Part shown: one piece after another, positions 1 to 8,280 of the stretch
Layout: the number at the start of each line of letters is the position of its first letter
How positions within the stretch are numbered: the first letter of the stretch is position 1
DNA from: Asaia bogorensis
Lineage (GTDB): Bacteria > Pseudomonadota > Alphaproteobacteria > CACIAM-22H2
Length of the DNA stretch: 64,000 nucleotides
Direction: 5' to 3'
Assembly (NCBI GenBank): GCA_945892765.1
Contig: CAMDDQ010000001.1
Location: 40,486-104,485, forward strand
Program-made: the position numbers and the translations under genes
The notes under the pieces: model-generated
The model's database searches: none
What the model was told of the DNA's origin: nothing
Seen by the model: the letters and a program-made list of their open reading frames with translations, nothing else

Positions 1-137
1 GGCATATTGCAATGCACTTTGCCAAGCTGCATGGGGATTTTCCGCAAAATGCGATGCGCGATGAAGATGGTGCTCTGCGGAAAATTTTATCTTATTGAAA
101 AACAACAGTAATTTTTTACCCACACTTTCGTCTAGTT

Positions 138-153
138 TGGCATGGCGCATGCC
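138..153 (+). promoter_or_regulatory. sigma54-like -24/-12 promoter element (TGGCAT-N5-ATGCC)
   Basis: tttGGCATggcgcATGCc has GG and GC spaced 12 nt apart as in the TGGCAC-N5-TTGCW consensus. It lies about 70 bp upstream of the ATG at 218 inside a locally AT-rich stretch. Confidence 0.3.
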
Positions 154-196
154 TACCTACTTTAGTAGAGCACAACAGGCACATCTACTGAGTAGC
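153..196 (+). promoter_or_regulatory. pair of short palindromes CTAC-N3/4-GTAG (candidate operator sites) with a tandem CTACCTAC
   Basis: CTACTTTAGTAG at about 157-168 and CTACTGAGTAG at about 185-195, between the sigma54-like element and the AAGGAG RBS at 204-209. Confidence 0.3.
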
Positions 197-217
197 ATGC
201 GATAAGGAGTACTTCTA

Positions 218-853
218 ATGAAGCTTCTGCTCATCCACCCGGCGACCGCGACCCGCTCGGTTCTGTCCCACGCCCTCGGCAAGTTGTGGCGCGAGGCGGT
301 GGTGGCCGAACGCGACACCGCCGGGCCGGCGCCGGGCGCCGAGGAGCCGGGCATGATCGTGGTCGATGCCCCGTTATGCGGGAAGATGAAGGCCGCCGAT
401 CTTCGCCTGTTGTGCCGCGCCGGCACCGCCGCCCCCGTGGTCTTGCTCTCCACTGTCGTGGATTTGAGCTTTGTCATCGCCGCGTTCGACCGCGGCATGG
501 CCGGTGTCGCGCCCAAATCCATCCCGGTGGCGGCCATGGTTCAGGCGTTTCGCCTCATCGCCTCGGGTGAACGATTCGTCCCGGCATCCGTGCTCGCCGC
601 CGTGCTCCCGCTGGGCGGCGACCGCGGCGCGGAGACACCCACGCTCGACCGCCTCACCCCGCGCGAACGCGAAGTGCTCGGCCTGCTGCTCGAAGGCGGC
701 TCGAACAAGGCGATCGCCCGCACGCTCAGTCTGACCGAAGCCACGGTCAAAGCCTACATGATGACGCTGTGCCGCAAACTGGGCGCGCGCAACCGCGCCC
801 ATGCCGTGCGCATCGCCGTCCAAAACGGCTTCGCCGCCGCCGCAGCGGCCTGA
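218..853 (+). CDS. LuxR/FixJ-family response regulator with an atypical receiver domain and a C-terminal HTH_LuxR
   Basis: The REC fold has the phospho-Asp position (MIVVDAP), LLST and a Lys, but no N-terminal acidic pair (LLLIHPA). The C-terminus carries the LTPREREVLGLLLEGGSNKAIARTLSLTEATVKAY LuxR helix-turn-helix. AAGGAG lies 8 nt upstream. Confidence 0.8.
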   Translation: MKLLLIHPATATRSVLSHALGKLWREAVVAERDTAGPAPGAEEPGMIVVDAPLCGKMKAADLRLLCRAGTAAPVVLLSTVVDLSFVIAAFDRGMAGVAPKSIPVAAMVQAFRLIASGERFVPASVLAAVLPLGGDRGAETPTLDRLTPREREVLGLLLEGGSNKAIARTLSLTEATVKAYMMTLCRKLGARNRAHAVRIAVQNGFAAAAAA

Positions 854-924
854 AGTCCGCCGGGGCCGCGTCGCCCCAACCCGCACCAATTTCCCGTTAG
901 GGCGAGGAGGCACCTCATACCCAT

Positions 925-955
925 CAAGCGATCGAGGGTGTGAGGGCCTCCCCCC
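925..955. terminator. imperfect GC hairpin between convergent genes (possible bidirectional terminator)
   Basis: GGTGTGAGGG-cctcc-CCCTCACC lies between the response-regulator stop (853) and the priA stop (966). There is no U-run. Confidence 0.2.
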
Positions 956-965
956 TCACCTTCAC

Positions 966-3221
966 CTACATGAAGCTGTAAGGGTCCACGTCCACTTCGA
1001 TCTTCACGCCGGGCTTGATCTTGGTCGAATCCAGCCATTGGCGCAGGATCGCCTGGAGGTTCGCGGCCTTGCCGGTCTTGAGCAGGAGCCGGAAGCGGTG
1101 ACGCCCGCGCAGCAGCGATAGCGGGGCAGCGGCAGGGCCCAACACCCTGACGCCTTTGATCCGCGGCGCGTTTTTGGCGAGCGCGCGGGCGGCGGCTTCG
1201 GAATCCGCCGCCGCCGGCGCCGACACCACGATAGCGGCCAGCCGGCCGAAGGGCGGCAGCAGGCGGTCGCGCCGGTCCTCCGCCTCGCTCGCCATGAAGC
1301 GGTCGCGGGCGCCCGCGGCCAGCGCCTGCGTCACCGGGTGTTGCGGCAGATAGGTCTGGAGATAGACGCGGCCCGGGTGTTCGGCGCGGCCAGCCCGTCC
1401 CGCCACCTGGTGCAGAAGCTGGAAGGTCCGTTCCGCCGCGCGCAGATCGCCGCCGGCCAGCCCCAAATCCGCATCGACCACGCCGACCGTGGTGAGCAGC
1501 GGGAAATGATGGCCCTTCGCCATCACCTGCGTGCCGACCAGGATGTCGATCTCGCGTGCCTGCATCCGATCGACCAAGGCCTCGGCCTCGCGCGGGCTGG
1601 TCACGGTGTCGCTGGTCATGATCGCGATGCGGGCCTGGGGCCAGGCCGCGGCGGCTTCCTCGGCAACCCGCTCCACGCCGGGGCCGCAGGCGATCAGGCT
1701 GTCCTCGGCCCGGCAATGCGGGCAGAGGCGTGGCAGCGGCTGGCTTTCCCCGCAATGATGACAGGCCAGCCGCCCGGCCGCGCGATGTTCCACCAGCCAG
1801 GCCGCGCAATTGGCGCAGCGCATCCGATGGCCGCAGCCCCGGCACAAGGTCAGCGGCGCGTAGCCGCGGCGGTTGAGGAACAACATCGCCTGCTCGCCCT
1901 GTTCCAGCGCCTCTTGTACCGCCGTCCGCAGGACCGGGGACAGCCAATGCCGGCGCGGCGGCGGATGGCGGCGCAGATCGACGATCGCCACCTGCGGCAT
2001 CTGCGCCCCGCCATGGCGGTCGGCGAGCACCAGCCGCGTGTACCGCCCTTCCTCGACATTGGTCAGCGTCTCCAGCGACGGCGTCGCCGAGGCCAGCACC
2101 GCCGGGACCGCGGCGAGCCGCGCCCGCACCACCGCCATGTCGCGGGCGTGGTAGATGACGCCCTCCTCCTGCTTGAAGGCGGCTTCGTGTTCCTCGTCCA
2201 CGACGATGACCCCCAGCGCCGCCAGCGGCAGGAACAAGGCCGAACGCGCGCCCACCGCCACGCGGGCGTGGCCGGCGGCGATGGCATGCCAGGTCGCCCG
2301 CCGCACCGCCGGCGTCAGGTCCGAATGCCACACCGCCGGATCGGCCCCGAAGCGGCGGCGAAACCGCTCCAGCCATTGCGCCGACAACGCGATTTCCGGC
2401 AGCAGCACCAAGGCCTGCCGCCCCCGCCTTAGGGCCTCGGCAATCGCCTCGAAATACACCTCGGTCTTGCCCGAGCCGGTCACGCCATCGAGCAGCGTCA
2501 CCGAAAACCCGCCATCACCCACCCGCCTCCGCAGCGCCGCCGCCGCCTCTTCCTGCGCGGGCGACAGGGATGGCGCCGGCGGCAAGCCATTGACGCCCGT
2601 TGGCCCCCACACCGCCACCGCCGGTTCCAGCGGCGTGGCCTCGATCAGACCGGCATCGACCATGCCGTGGACGACCGCGCCGCTCACCCCGGCCGCCTTG
2701 GCCAAGGCCGCGGACGACCACGGGCCGGGTTGGTTTAGCCTCGCCAACACGCGGTGCCGCGCCGGCGTAAACCGCGCGCCGGCGGGCGGAGGCTCAACCA
2801 GCCCGTAGACGATGCGCGGGGCCGGCGGGTGCAGGATCGTGGGTGTGTTGATCGCCATGCGCAGCACCTTGCCGCGCGGCGTCAGCGTGTAGGCGGCCAC
2901 CCAATCAATCAGCCGGCACAGATCGGCGGGCAGCGGCGGCAAGTCGAGCTTTTCCAGAACCGGCTTGAGGCGCGCGCCGTCCACGGGCTCGGAATCCGGC
3001 GTCGCTTGCGCCCACACCACGCCGATTCCGCGGGTTTTTCCCAAAGGCACGGCGACGATGTCGCCCGGCTTCAGCGCCATCCCTTTGGCTGATGGATCGT
3101 CGGTCCCGGGAAGCGGAAGATAGTCGAAAGTCCGGTCCACTGGCACCGGCAGCAACACCGCCACGCGATGGGTCGATACGCGCGATCCGTCGGGGGGCGA
3201 AGTGGCGCGGGCGGCGGGCAT
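966..3221 (-). CDS. priA: primosomal protein N' (replication restart helicase PriA)
   Basis: Walker A GSGKTEVY, DEEH box and two CxxC zinc-finger pairs (CRGCGHRMRCANC / CHHCGESQPLPRLCPHC) in a 751-aa protein. Confidence 0.9.
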   Translation of the reverse strand: MPAARATSPPDGSRVSTHRVAVLLPVPVDRTFDYLPLPGTDDPSAKGMALKPGDIVAVPLGKTRGIGVVWAQATPDSEPVDGARLKPVLEKLDLPPLPADLCRLIDWVAAYTLTPRGKVLRMAINTPTILHPPAPRIVYGLVEPPPAGARFTPARHRVLARLNQPGPWSSAALAKAAGVSGAVVHGMVDAGLIEATPLEPAVAVWGPTGVNGLPPAPSLSPAQEEAAAALRRRVGDGGFSVTLLDGVTGSGKTEVYFEAIAEALRRGRQALVLLPEIALSAQWLERFRRRFGADPAVWHSDLTPAVRRATWHAIAAGHARVAVGARSALFLPLAALGVIVVDEEHEAAFKQEEGVIYHARDMAVVRARLAAVPAVLASATPSLETLTNVEEGRYTRLVLADRHGGAQMPQVAIVDLRRHPPPRRHWLSPVLRTAVQEALEQGEQAMLFLNRRGYAPLTLCRGCGHRMRCANCAAWLVEHRAAGRLACHHCGESQPLPRLCPHCRAEDSLIACGPGVERVAEEAAAAWPQARIAIMTSDTVTSPREAEALVDRMQAREIDILVGTQVMAKGHHFPLLTTVGVVDADLGLAGGDLRAAERTFQLLHQVAGRAGRAEHPGRVYLQTYLPQHPVTQALAAGARDRFMASEAEDRRDRLLPPFGRLAAIVVSAPAAADSEAAARALAKNAPRIKGVRVLGPAAAPLSLLRGRHRFRLLLKTGKAANLQAILRQWLDSTKIKPGVKIEVDVDPYSFM

Positions 3222-3310
3222 GGGTTAGACTCTGCGGAAGCGGAGGCGGTTTTCCCCGTCCTCTTATAGCGCCGGATCGGCGCGTACGGCACGACGATCG
3301 AGCAAGGACG

Positions 3311-4072
3311 ATGGCCAGCGATCCCGAAAAGATAACCAAGGCCCCGACCGCTGCGGACATGGCCGCCGCCGATGTCGCGGTCTATCTGCGCCGGCACCCG
3401 GATTTCCTGGACAAAAACCCCGAGATTCTGGCCGCGATGCTGCCGCCCGCGCGGCGCGAGGGCGACGGCGTGGTCGATTTACAGCGCGTGATGGTCGAAA
3501 AGCTCCGCGCCGAGATCGATCGGCTCCGTTCGGCCGAACACGAGCTGGTCTCGCTCGGCCGCAACAACATGCACCATCAGGGCCGCGTCCATGCCGCCGC
3601 ACTCGCGCTGCTGGGCGCCACCACGCTCGAACACCTGATCGAACTTGTCGGCACCGATCTCGCCGTCGATCTGGACGTGGACGCCGCCACCTTGTGTTTC
3701 GAGGCGCCGCCGCCCGCGGGCGAAGCCCGCTCGACTCCGGATTCCGGGCGGGCGCCGCCCCCCGACGGCGTTGCCTGCCGGGGTCTGCGCCTCGTGCCGC
3801 GCGGCGCCGTCAAACGCCTGCTCGATGGCAAATCCATCGTCCTGCTCGCCGACGAACCTGGCGACAAGGACCTGTTCGGCGAGGCCGCCAGCCTGGTCCG
3901 GTCCCAGGCCCTGATCAGCATCGAACCGCGGCGCGGCGCCCCCTTCGGCATCCTGGCGCTGGGCAGCCGCCATGCCGAGAAATTCCACCCCGGCCAGGGC
4001 ACCGAGCTGCTAGCCTTCCTCGGCCGCGTCGCCGAGCACTGCATCCGGTCATGGCTGGACCGCACGACCTGA
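3311..4072 (+). CDS. DUF484 family protein (conserved partner of xerC)
   Basis: N-terminus MASDPEKITKAPTAADMAAADVAVYLRRHPDFL, sitting immediately upstream of and overlapping xerC. Start taken at M74 of the ORF-track frame. Confidence 0.75.
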   Translation: MASDPEKITKAPTAADMAAADVAVYLRRHPDFLDKNPEILAAMLPPARREGDGVVDLQRVMVEKLRAEIDRLRSAEHELVSLGRNNMHHQGRVHAAALALLGATTLEHLIELVGTDLAVDLDVDAATLCFEAPPPAGEARSTPDSGRAPPPDGVACRGLRLVPRGAVKRLLDGKSIVLLADEPGDKDLFGEAASLVRSQALISIEPRRGAPFGILALGSRHAEKFHPGQGTELLAFLGRVAEHCIRSWLDRTT

Positions 4073-5016
4073 GCGAATTCCTTCCGAACCCCGAAACCGC
4101 GGACGCGGTCGCCGGCTGGCTCGAATGGCTGGCGACGGAACGCCGCGCCTCCCGCCACACTCTTTCCGCCTATCGCCACGACCTGCTCGCCTTCCTCGGC
4201 TTCATGGGTGGACATCTGGGCAGCGCCCAGTCCCCGGCCGATCTGGCGCTTCTCCGCACCGGCGATTTCCGAGCGTTCCTCGCCCGCCGCGCCGGCAAAG
4301 GCCTGACCGCCGCGACCAATGCCCGCGCGCTGTCGGTCCTGCGTTCGTTTTTTCGCTGGCTCGACCGCAACGGCCACGGCAAATGCGCCGGCCTCGGTGG
4401 ACTGCGCTCACCCAAGTTGCCGCGATCGGTGCCGCGCCCGTTGACCGTGGACGACGCGCGCAACGCGGTCGATCAGGTCGGCGATCTCAGCGACGAACCC
4501 TGGGTGGGTTTACGCGATACCGCGCTGCTTTGCCTGCTCTATGGATGCGGCCTGCGTATCGACGAGGCGTTGTCATTGAACCGCAGCGACATCGCGCCCC
4601 TGCTCCAGGGCGCGGACAGCCTGATCGTGCTCGGCAAAGGCCGTAAGCAGCGCATGGTCCCGGTTCTGCCCGCCGTGCGCGAGGCGCTGGCCGCCTATCT
4701 CGCTGTCTGCCCCCATGCCGCCGGCGTCACCGCGCCGGTGTTCTTCGGCATGCGCGGGAAACGCCTGCACGCCGGCATCGTGCAGAAACGGGTGCGAGAA
4801 CTGCGCGGCCTCATCGGCCTGCCCGACCGGGCCACGCCACACGCGCTGCGCCACAGCTTCGCCACACATCTGCTGGCCGCTGGCGGCGATCTGCGCGCCA
4901 TCCAGGAACTGCTCGGCCACGCCTCGCTGTCGACAACACAGCGCTACACCGAAATCGACGAAACCCAATTGCTCGCCGTCTACGACAAGGCGCATCCGCG
5001 AGCCCGTCGGGCGTAG
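4051..5016 (+). CDS. xerC: tyrosine recombinase XerC
   Basis: Carries HALRHSFATHLL and the LGHASLSTTQRYTEID catalytic Tyr motif. Start MAGPHDLSEF chosen by the usual XerC N-terminus. Confidence 0.9.
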   Translation: MAGPHDLSEFLPNPETADAVAGWLEWLATERRASRHTLSAYRHDLLAFLGFMGGHLGSAQSPADLALLRTGDFRAFLARRAGKGLTAATNARALSVLRSFFRWLDRNGHGKCAGLGGLRSPKLPRSVPRPLTVDDARNAVDQVGDLSDEPWVGLRDTALLCLLYGCGLRIDEALSLNRSDIAPLLQGADSLIVLGKGRKQRMVPVLPAVREALAAYLAVCPHAAGVTAPVFFGMRGKRLHAGIVQKRVRELRGLIGLPDRATPHALRHSFATHLLAAGGDLRAIQELLGHASLSTTQRYTEIDETQLLAVYDKAHPRARRA

Positions 5017-5573
5017 CCCGGCTGGGTTGGAATCAGCAAGGGGCAGTAGGGAAAGAAATGTGGGGGCCGCTTGGTCCCCACACCCCCAATAGTCCCGGGC
5101 AGGCCAGCTCCTCCGGCGCCTGCCTCGGACAATTCACGGCTTAGCGGGCTGAAGCCGGCAGTCCCGACCACAGCTCCACATCGTCGCGCTATACCCACCC
5201 GGAACACGCCGAATTTGAAGCTGTCGGCCGTGCGATAGGCGATGATCACGTTGAAGGGGAATTCCTGGCCGGTAAGGTCTTCCTTCAACACCTTGAAGAC
5301 GAGCCGGTTGCCCACAGGCTGGATGCGATTGTCGATCAGATGGTCGGTGTCGCCGTCCCAACGCACCCAATAGCCGAGATTGCTGCGCTGCAGCAGCAAA
5401 TTGCCCCAGGGTTTGGCGATGACAAAGGTGGCGAGCGGCTGATCGCCGTGCAGATCGATTTCGCGAACGATCTCGGCGGCCTCCGGCCGAATGGCGAGCG
5501 GCGCCAGGATCGCGCCTTCAACGCTCAACGTCTCGCTCCAGCCTGTGGCCGGAACGAGGAACGCTAACAACAT
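4980..5573 (-). CDS. hypothetical exported protein
   Basis: Signal-like N-terminus MLLAFLVPATGWS and alternating beta-strand-like sequence. The C-terminal ~45 residues are low-complexity and overlap the xerC 3' end, so the true stop is uncertain. Confidence 0.4.
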   Translation of the reverse strand: MLLAFLVPATGWSETLSVEGAILAPLAIRPEAAEIVREIDLHGDQPLATFVIAKPWGNLLLQRSNLGYWVRWDGDTDHLIDNRIQPVGNRLVFKVLKEDLTGQEFPFNVIIAYRTADSFKFGVFRVGIARRCGAVVGTAGFSPLSRELSEAGAGGAGLPGTIGGVGTKRPPHFFPYCPLLIPTQPGYARRARGCALS

Positions 5574-5698
5574 GAAAAAACAGGCAAATCCAAATTTGCA
5601 CGTACACGGCCTTCGGTCGTGTTCCGCTTGGATCGTGCGCCAACAGCGCCCCCCGGTTATCCCCCACTTTTTTTCCCGGCAAACAAAGCCGCGCCACT

Positions 5699-7402
5699 CT
5701 AATGCGGCGCCGCCGTTTGGCCAACCCGCGCCGCGCCGATGGTTCGCGGACGCATCGGTCCCATGGCCGGGGTGTGGAAGACGTGGCAGGCCACGCAGGT
5801 CGAAGGCACCAGCGCGGTCACGTCTTCACCGCCATGGCACCCACGGCAATTGGCGATGCCCGGTAGCAGGACGTCGGAACTGGCAACCGATTTGGGGGCG
5901 GCGTGGCAATCGACGCAGCCGGTGTTCTTGTGTTTGCTGTGATCGAATTTGCCCTTGGGCATCCAGGTCGTCGCCACCAGCACCGGCTTGACCCGGAAAT
6001 TGGGTCTCTCGTCGAGCCTGGTCGTCCGTTCGACGAAGTGGCAGCTCCCGCATATGCTCTTGCCGTAAACGATCTCGATGGTCGCATCGGCACGGCTGCG
6101 CGCCCAGGCCAGCGCTTCGGCGCGCGCCGCTTCCTCTAGCGGCGAGCCGGGACGGCGGCGCACGACGGCCGGCGCTTCGGGATCCTCGAAGCCGCCTTCG
6201 AGGGCGACGCGGCCGTAGAAATCGTTGAGAACATTGGCGACTTCGTCCGGTTTGCCATGCGGCACTTCGCGGTCGAGCGCGCGGGCCTCGAACTTCAATT
6301 TGTGGCAATCGCGGCAATCGGTCTCCATGTCCACCGCGCGCATGCCCACGCCGCCGGTCTCCGGCCGGTGGCAATCATTGCAGACCATTTTCTGCAACCC
6401 GGTGGGGCCCCGCACGCCGGCGTCCACCAAATGTTTGTCGTGCGGGAAGATCAGGTTGGAATTCTCCTTCAGCGCGGGATCGCCGACCGGCAGCCGCACC
6501 AATGTCCGGGTCGCCGGGTCGGTCACCACCGACGGCCGAAATTCGGGGTGATCGCGGCCGAAATCGCTGACATTGATCAGCTTGGTCGTAGGCACCATCG
6601 TGGTCAGCCGCACATGGCAGTCGTCGCACAAGGCCTGCGCCGTCTGGATCGCCGGCTGCCGGCCTTGATGTTCCTTGTGGCAAGACGCGCACCGGGTTTC
6701 TTCCAGGGCCGGCAGACGCACCGTCTTCACGTCGGCGTGGTGGGCGATGTCGTTGTGACAGGTTAGGCAGGCCTGGTCCTGGACCATGATGAACGGCCGC
6801 TCGTGGCAGGTTGTGCAATCAGTCGCGAAATATTTGTGCACACCGGAGATTTCGCCGGATTCCCATGACTTGTCCGCCGCGATCGGCATCGCGGTCATGC
6901 TCTTGTGAAGGTCGGGGATGAAGAAGGCGGCGACCGGAAGGATAAGAAAGAGCAACAGCACGGTGGCAAAGGCGGCCCAAGACAACACACGTTTGCTGAT
7001 CGCGGCATCACCCAAGCGGGCGTGGCTGCGTTGTGTCAGTTCAACGAGATCGTCGCCGAGCGGCTGCACCAGTTCGACGGTAACAGCGACGCCATAGCCG
7101 GGCGGCGCTTCCACGATTTCGATCTTGTAAGGACCGACGGCAATCGAGTCGCCTGGCTGGACGCGGCCGGAGTTGGCGGCGGCTCCGTTGATGGAGAGAT
7201 CGTTGGTGCCCACCGCGGAGACGTAGGACTGGCCGTCGCGCACATGCAGTTCGGCGTGGTCGAGCCCGATCCGCGGGTCGGGTAGATAGACTTCGTTCTT
7301 GGTGCCGCGGCCGATGCGAATGAATTCCACTGTGGCGTCTTGGTCGCGCCGGGAAACGCCACGATTGCCGCGCCGAGTCAGATAGCCGACCTGGACAAGC
7401 AC
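5699..7402 (-). CDS. FHA-domain / single-TM / decahaem cytochrome c fusion protein
   Basis: N-terminal FHA signature (TVEFIRIGRGTKNEVYLPDPRIGLDHAELHV), one TM (VLSWAAFATVLLLFLILPVAAFFIP), then ten CxxCH motifs (CTTCH, CLTCH, CASCH, CDDCH, CNDCH, CRDCH, CGSCH, CVDCH, CRGCH, CVACH). Confidence 0.8.
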   Translation of the reverse strand: MLVQVGYLTRRGNRGVSRRDQDATVEFIRIGRGTKNEVYLPDPRIGLDHAELHVRDGQSYVSAVGTNDLSINGAAANSGRVQPGDSIAVGPYKIEIVEAPPGYGVAVTVELVQPLGDDLVELTQRSHARLGDAAISKRVLSWAAFATVLLLFLILPVAAFFIPDLHKSMTAMPIAADKSWESGEISGVHKYFATDCTTCHERPFIMVQDQACLTCHNDIAHHADVKTVRLPALEETRCASCHKEHQGRQPAIQTAQALCDDCHVRLTTMVPTTKLINVSDFGRDHPEFRPSVVTDPATRTLVRLPVGDPALKENSNLIFPHDKHLVDAGVRGPTGLQKMVCNDCHRPETGGVGMRAVDMETDCRDCHKLKFEARALDREVPHGKPDEVANVLNDFYGRVALEGGFEDPEAPAVVRRRPGSPLEEAARAEALAWARSRADATIEIVYGKSICGSCHFVERTTRLDERPNFRVKPVLVATTWMPKGKFDHSKHKNTGCVDCHAAPKSVASSDVLLPGIANCRGCHGGEDVTALVPSTCVACHVFHTPAMGPMRPRTIGAARVGQTAAPH

Positions 7403-7426
7403 GGTACTACTCCCGCTCCGAAATCG

Positions 7427-8257
7427 TTACCAGTAGAAGAAAACAGAGAAGACGTGGGTGGTCAGGGCCGCCAGAAGGCCGACCGACAACGGCACGTGGA
7501 AAATCAGCCAAATTTCCAGGAATGCACGGTATTGCACGTCGCGCCGCGCGCGACCGACGAGGTCGTCCTTACGGCTCAACAACGTCAGCAACTTACGAAC
7601 GGCGACGGCGTCTTCAACCGAAACCTTGGTCGCCAGTTGCTTGATCCTGGCCAACGCGCGGGCCGTCGGGCAATTGGGATCGCGCCCGGAAAGCTGACGC
7701 CACACCGACCCGCCGATCTGCGTATTGCGGCCGGAATCGAGCACCGCCCGCGTGATCTCGTCGGGCAATCCCATGGAGGCATCGCGGCTTTCCGAATCGA
7801 GCGCGGCGATGCGGGTGAAAATCTCGGTCAGCGTCAGGCCGCCGCGGTTCTGCGTCATCAACGCGGGATACCTTTGGTAGAAAAACACGCCGAACACCCC
7901 GGACAGGATGACCAGCATCATCAAGGTGTAGGCAAGCGTATGCACATTCCAGCCGAACTGGAACCCGGTGTGCAGCGTGGCCACGACGATCAGGGCGAGG
8001 CCGAGATAGACATGCGCCGAGAGCCAGCCCTGGAGCTTCGTTGGACCCAAATTGTACCGCCGCTTGCGCACGCCGAACCACATAAGCCAAAGGACCAAGA
8101 CCGCGCCGATCGTGCCCAGCACGTAGCCGAGCCAGGTGCCGCCATTGGGCGGGTCCATCGGGCTGTCGGCGGCATAGACGATCGCGGCCGCCAGGGCGCC
8201 CAGGACGGCCACCTTCAGATACCGGAAGTTGCGATAGACGAGATAGGATTGATGCAT
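7427..8257 (-). CDS. integral membrane protein, putative di-haem b-type cytochrome (~5 TM)
   Basis: Two TM helices each carry His-x13-His (SAHVYLGLALIVVATLHTGF and IFHVPLSVGLLAALTTHVF), the spacing used for bis-His ligation of two b haems in NarI/FdnI-like cytochromes. Confidence 0.55.
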   Translation of the reverse strand: MHQSYLVYRNFRYLKVAVLGALAAAIVYAADSPMDPPNGGTWLGYVLGTIGAVLVLWLMWFGVRKRRYNLGPTKLQGWLSAHVYLGLALIVVATLHTGFQFGWNVHTLAYTLMMLVILSGVFGVFFYQRYPALMTQNRGGLTLTEIFTRIAALDSESRDASMGLPDEITRAVLDSGRNTQIGGSVWRQLSGRDPNCPTARALARIKQLATKVSVEDAVAVRKLLTLLSRKDDLVGRARRDVQYRAFLEIWLIFHVPLSVGLLAALTTHVFSVFFYW

Positions 8258-8280
8258 CGTCTTTTGGCTGTTGGCCGACC

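Noticed and set aside
754-2376. Long antisense ORFs (for example 540 aa at 754-2376, 364 aa at 1338-2432, and many others throughout).
   Set aside because: Arg/Gly/Ala/Pro-rich translations are typical of GC3-skewed shadow frames opposite real genes. No domain signatures are present.
3311-5016. The DUF484-xerC pair as an integrative mobile element or a nearby dif site.
   Set aside because: This is the standard chromosomal xerC context. No ATAATGTATATTATG-like dif core or att repeats were found in the window.
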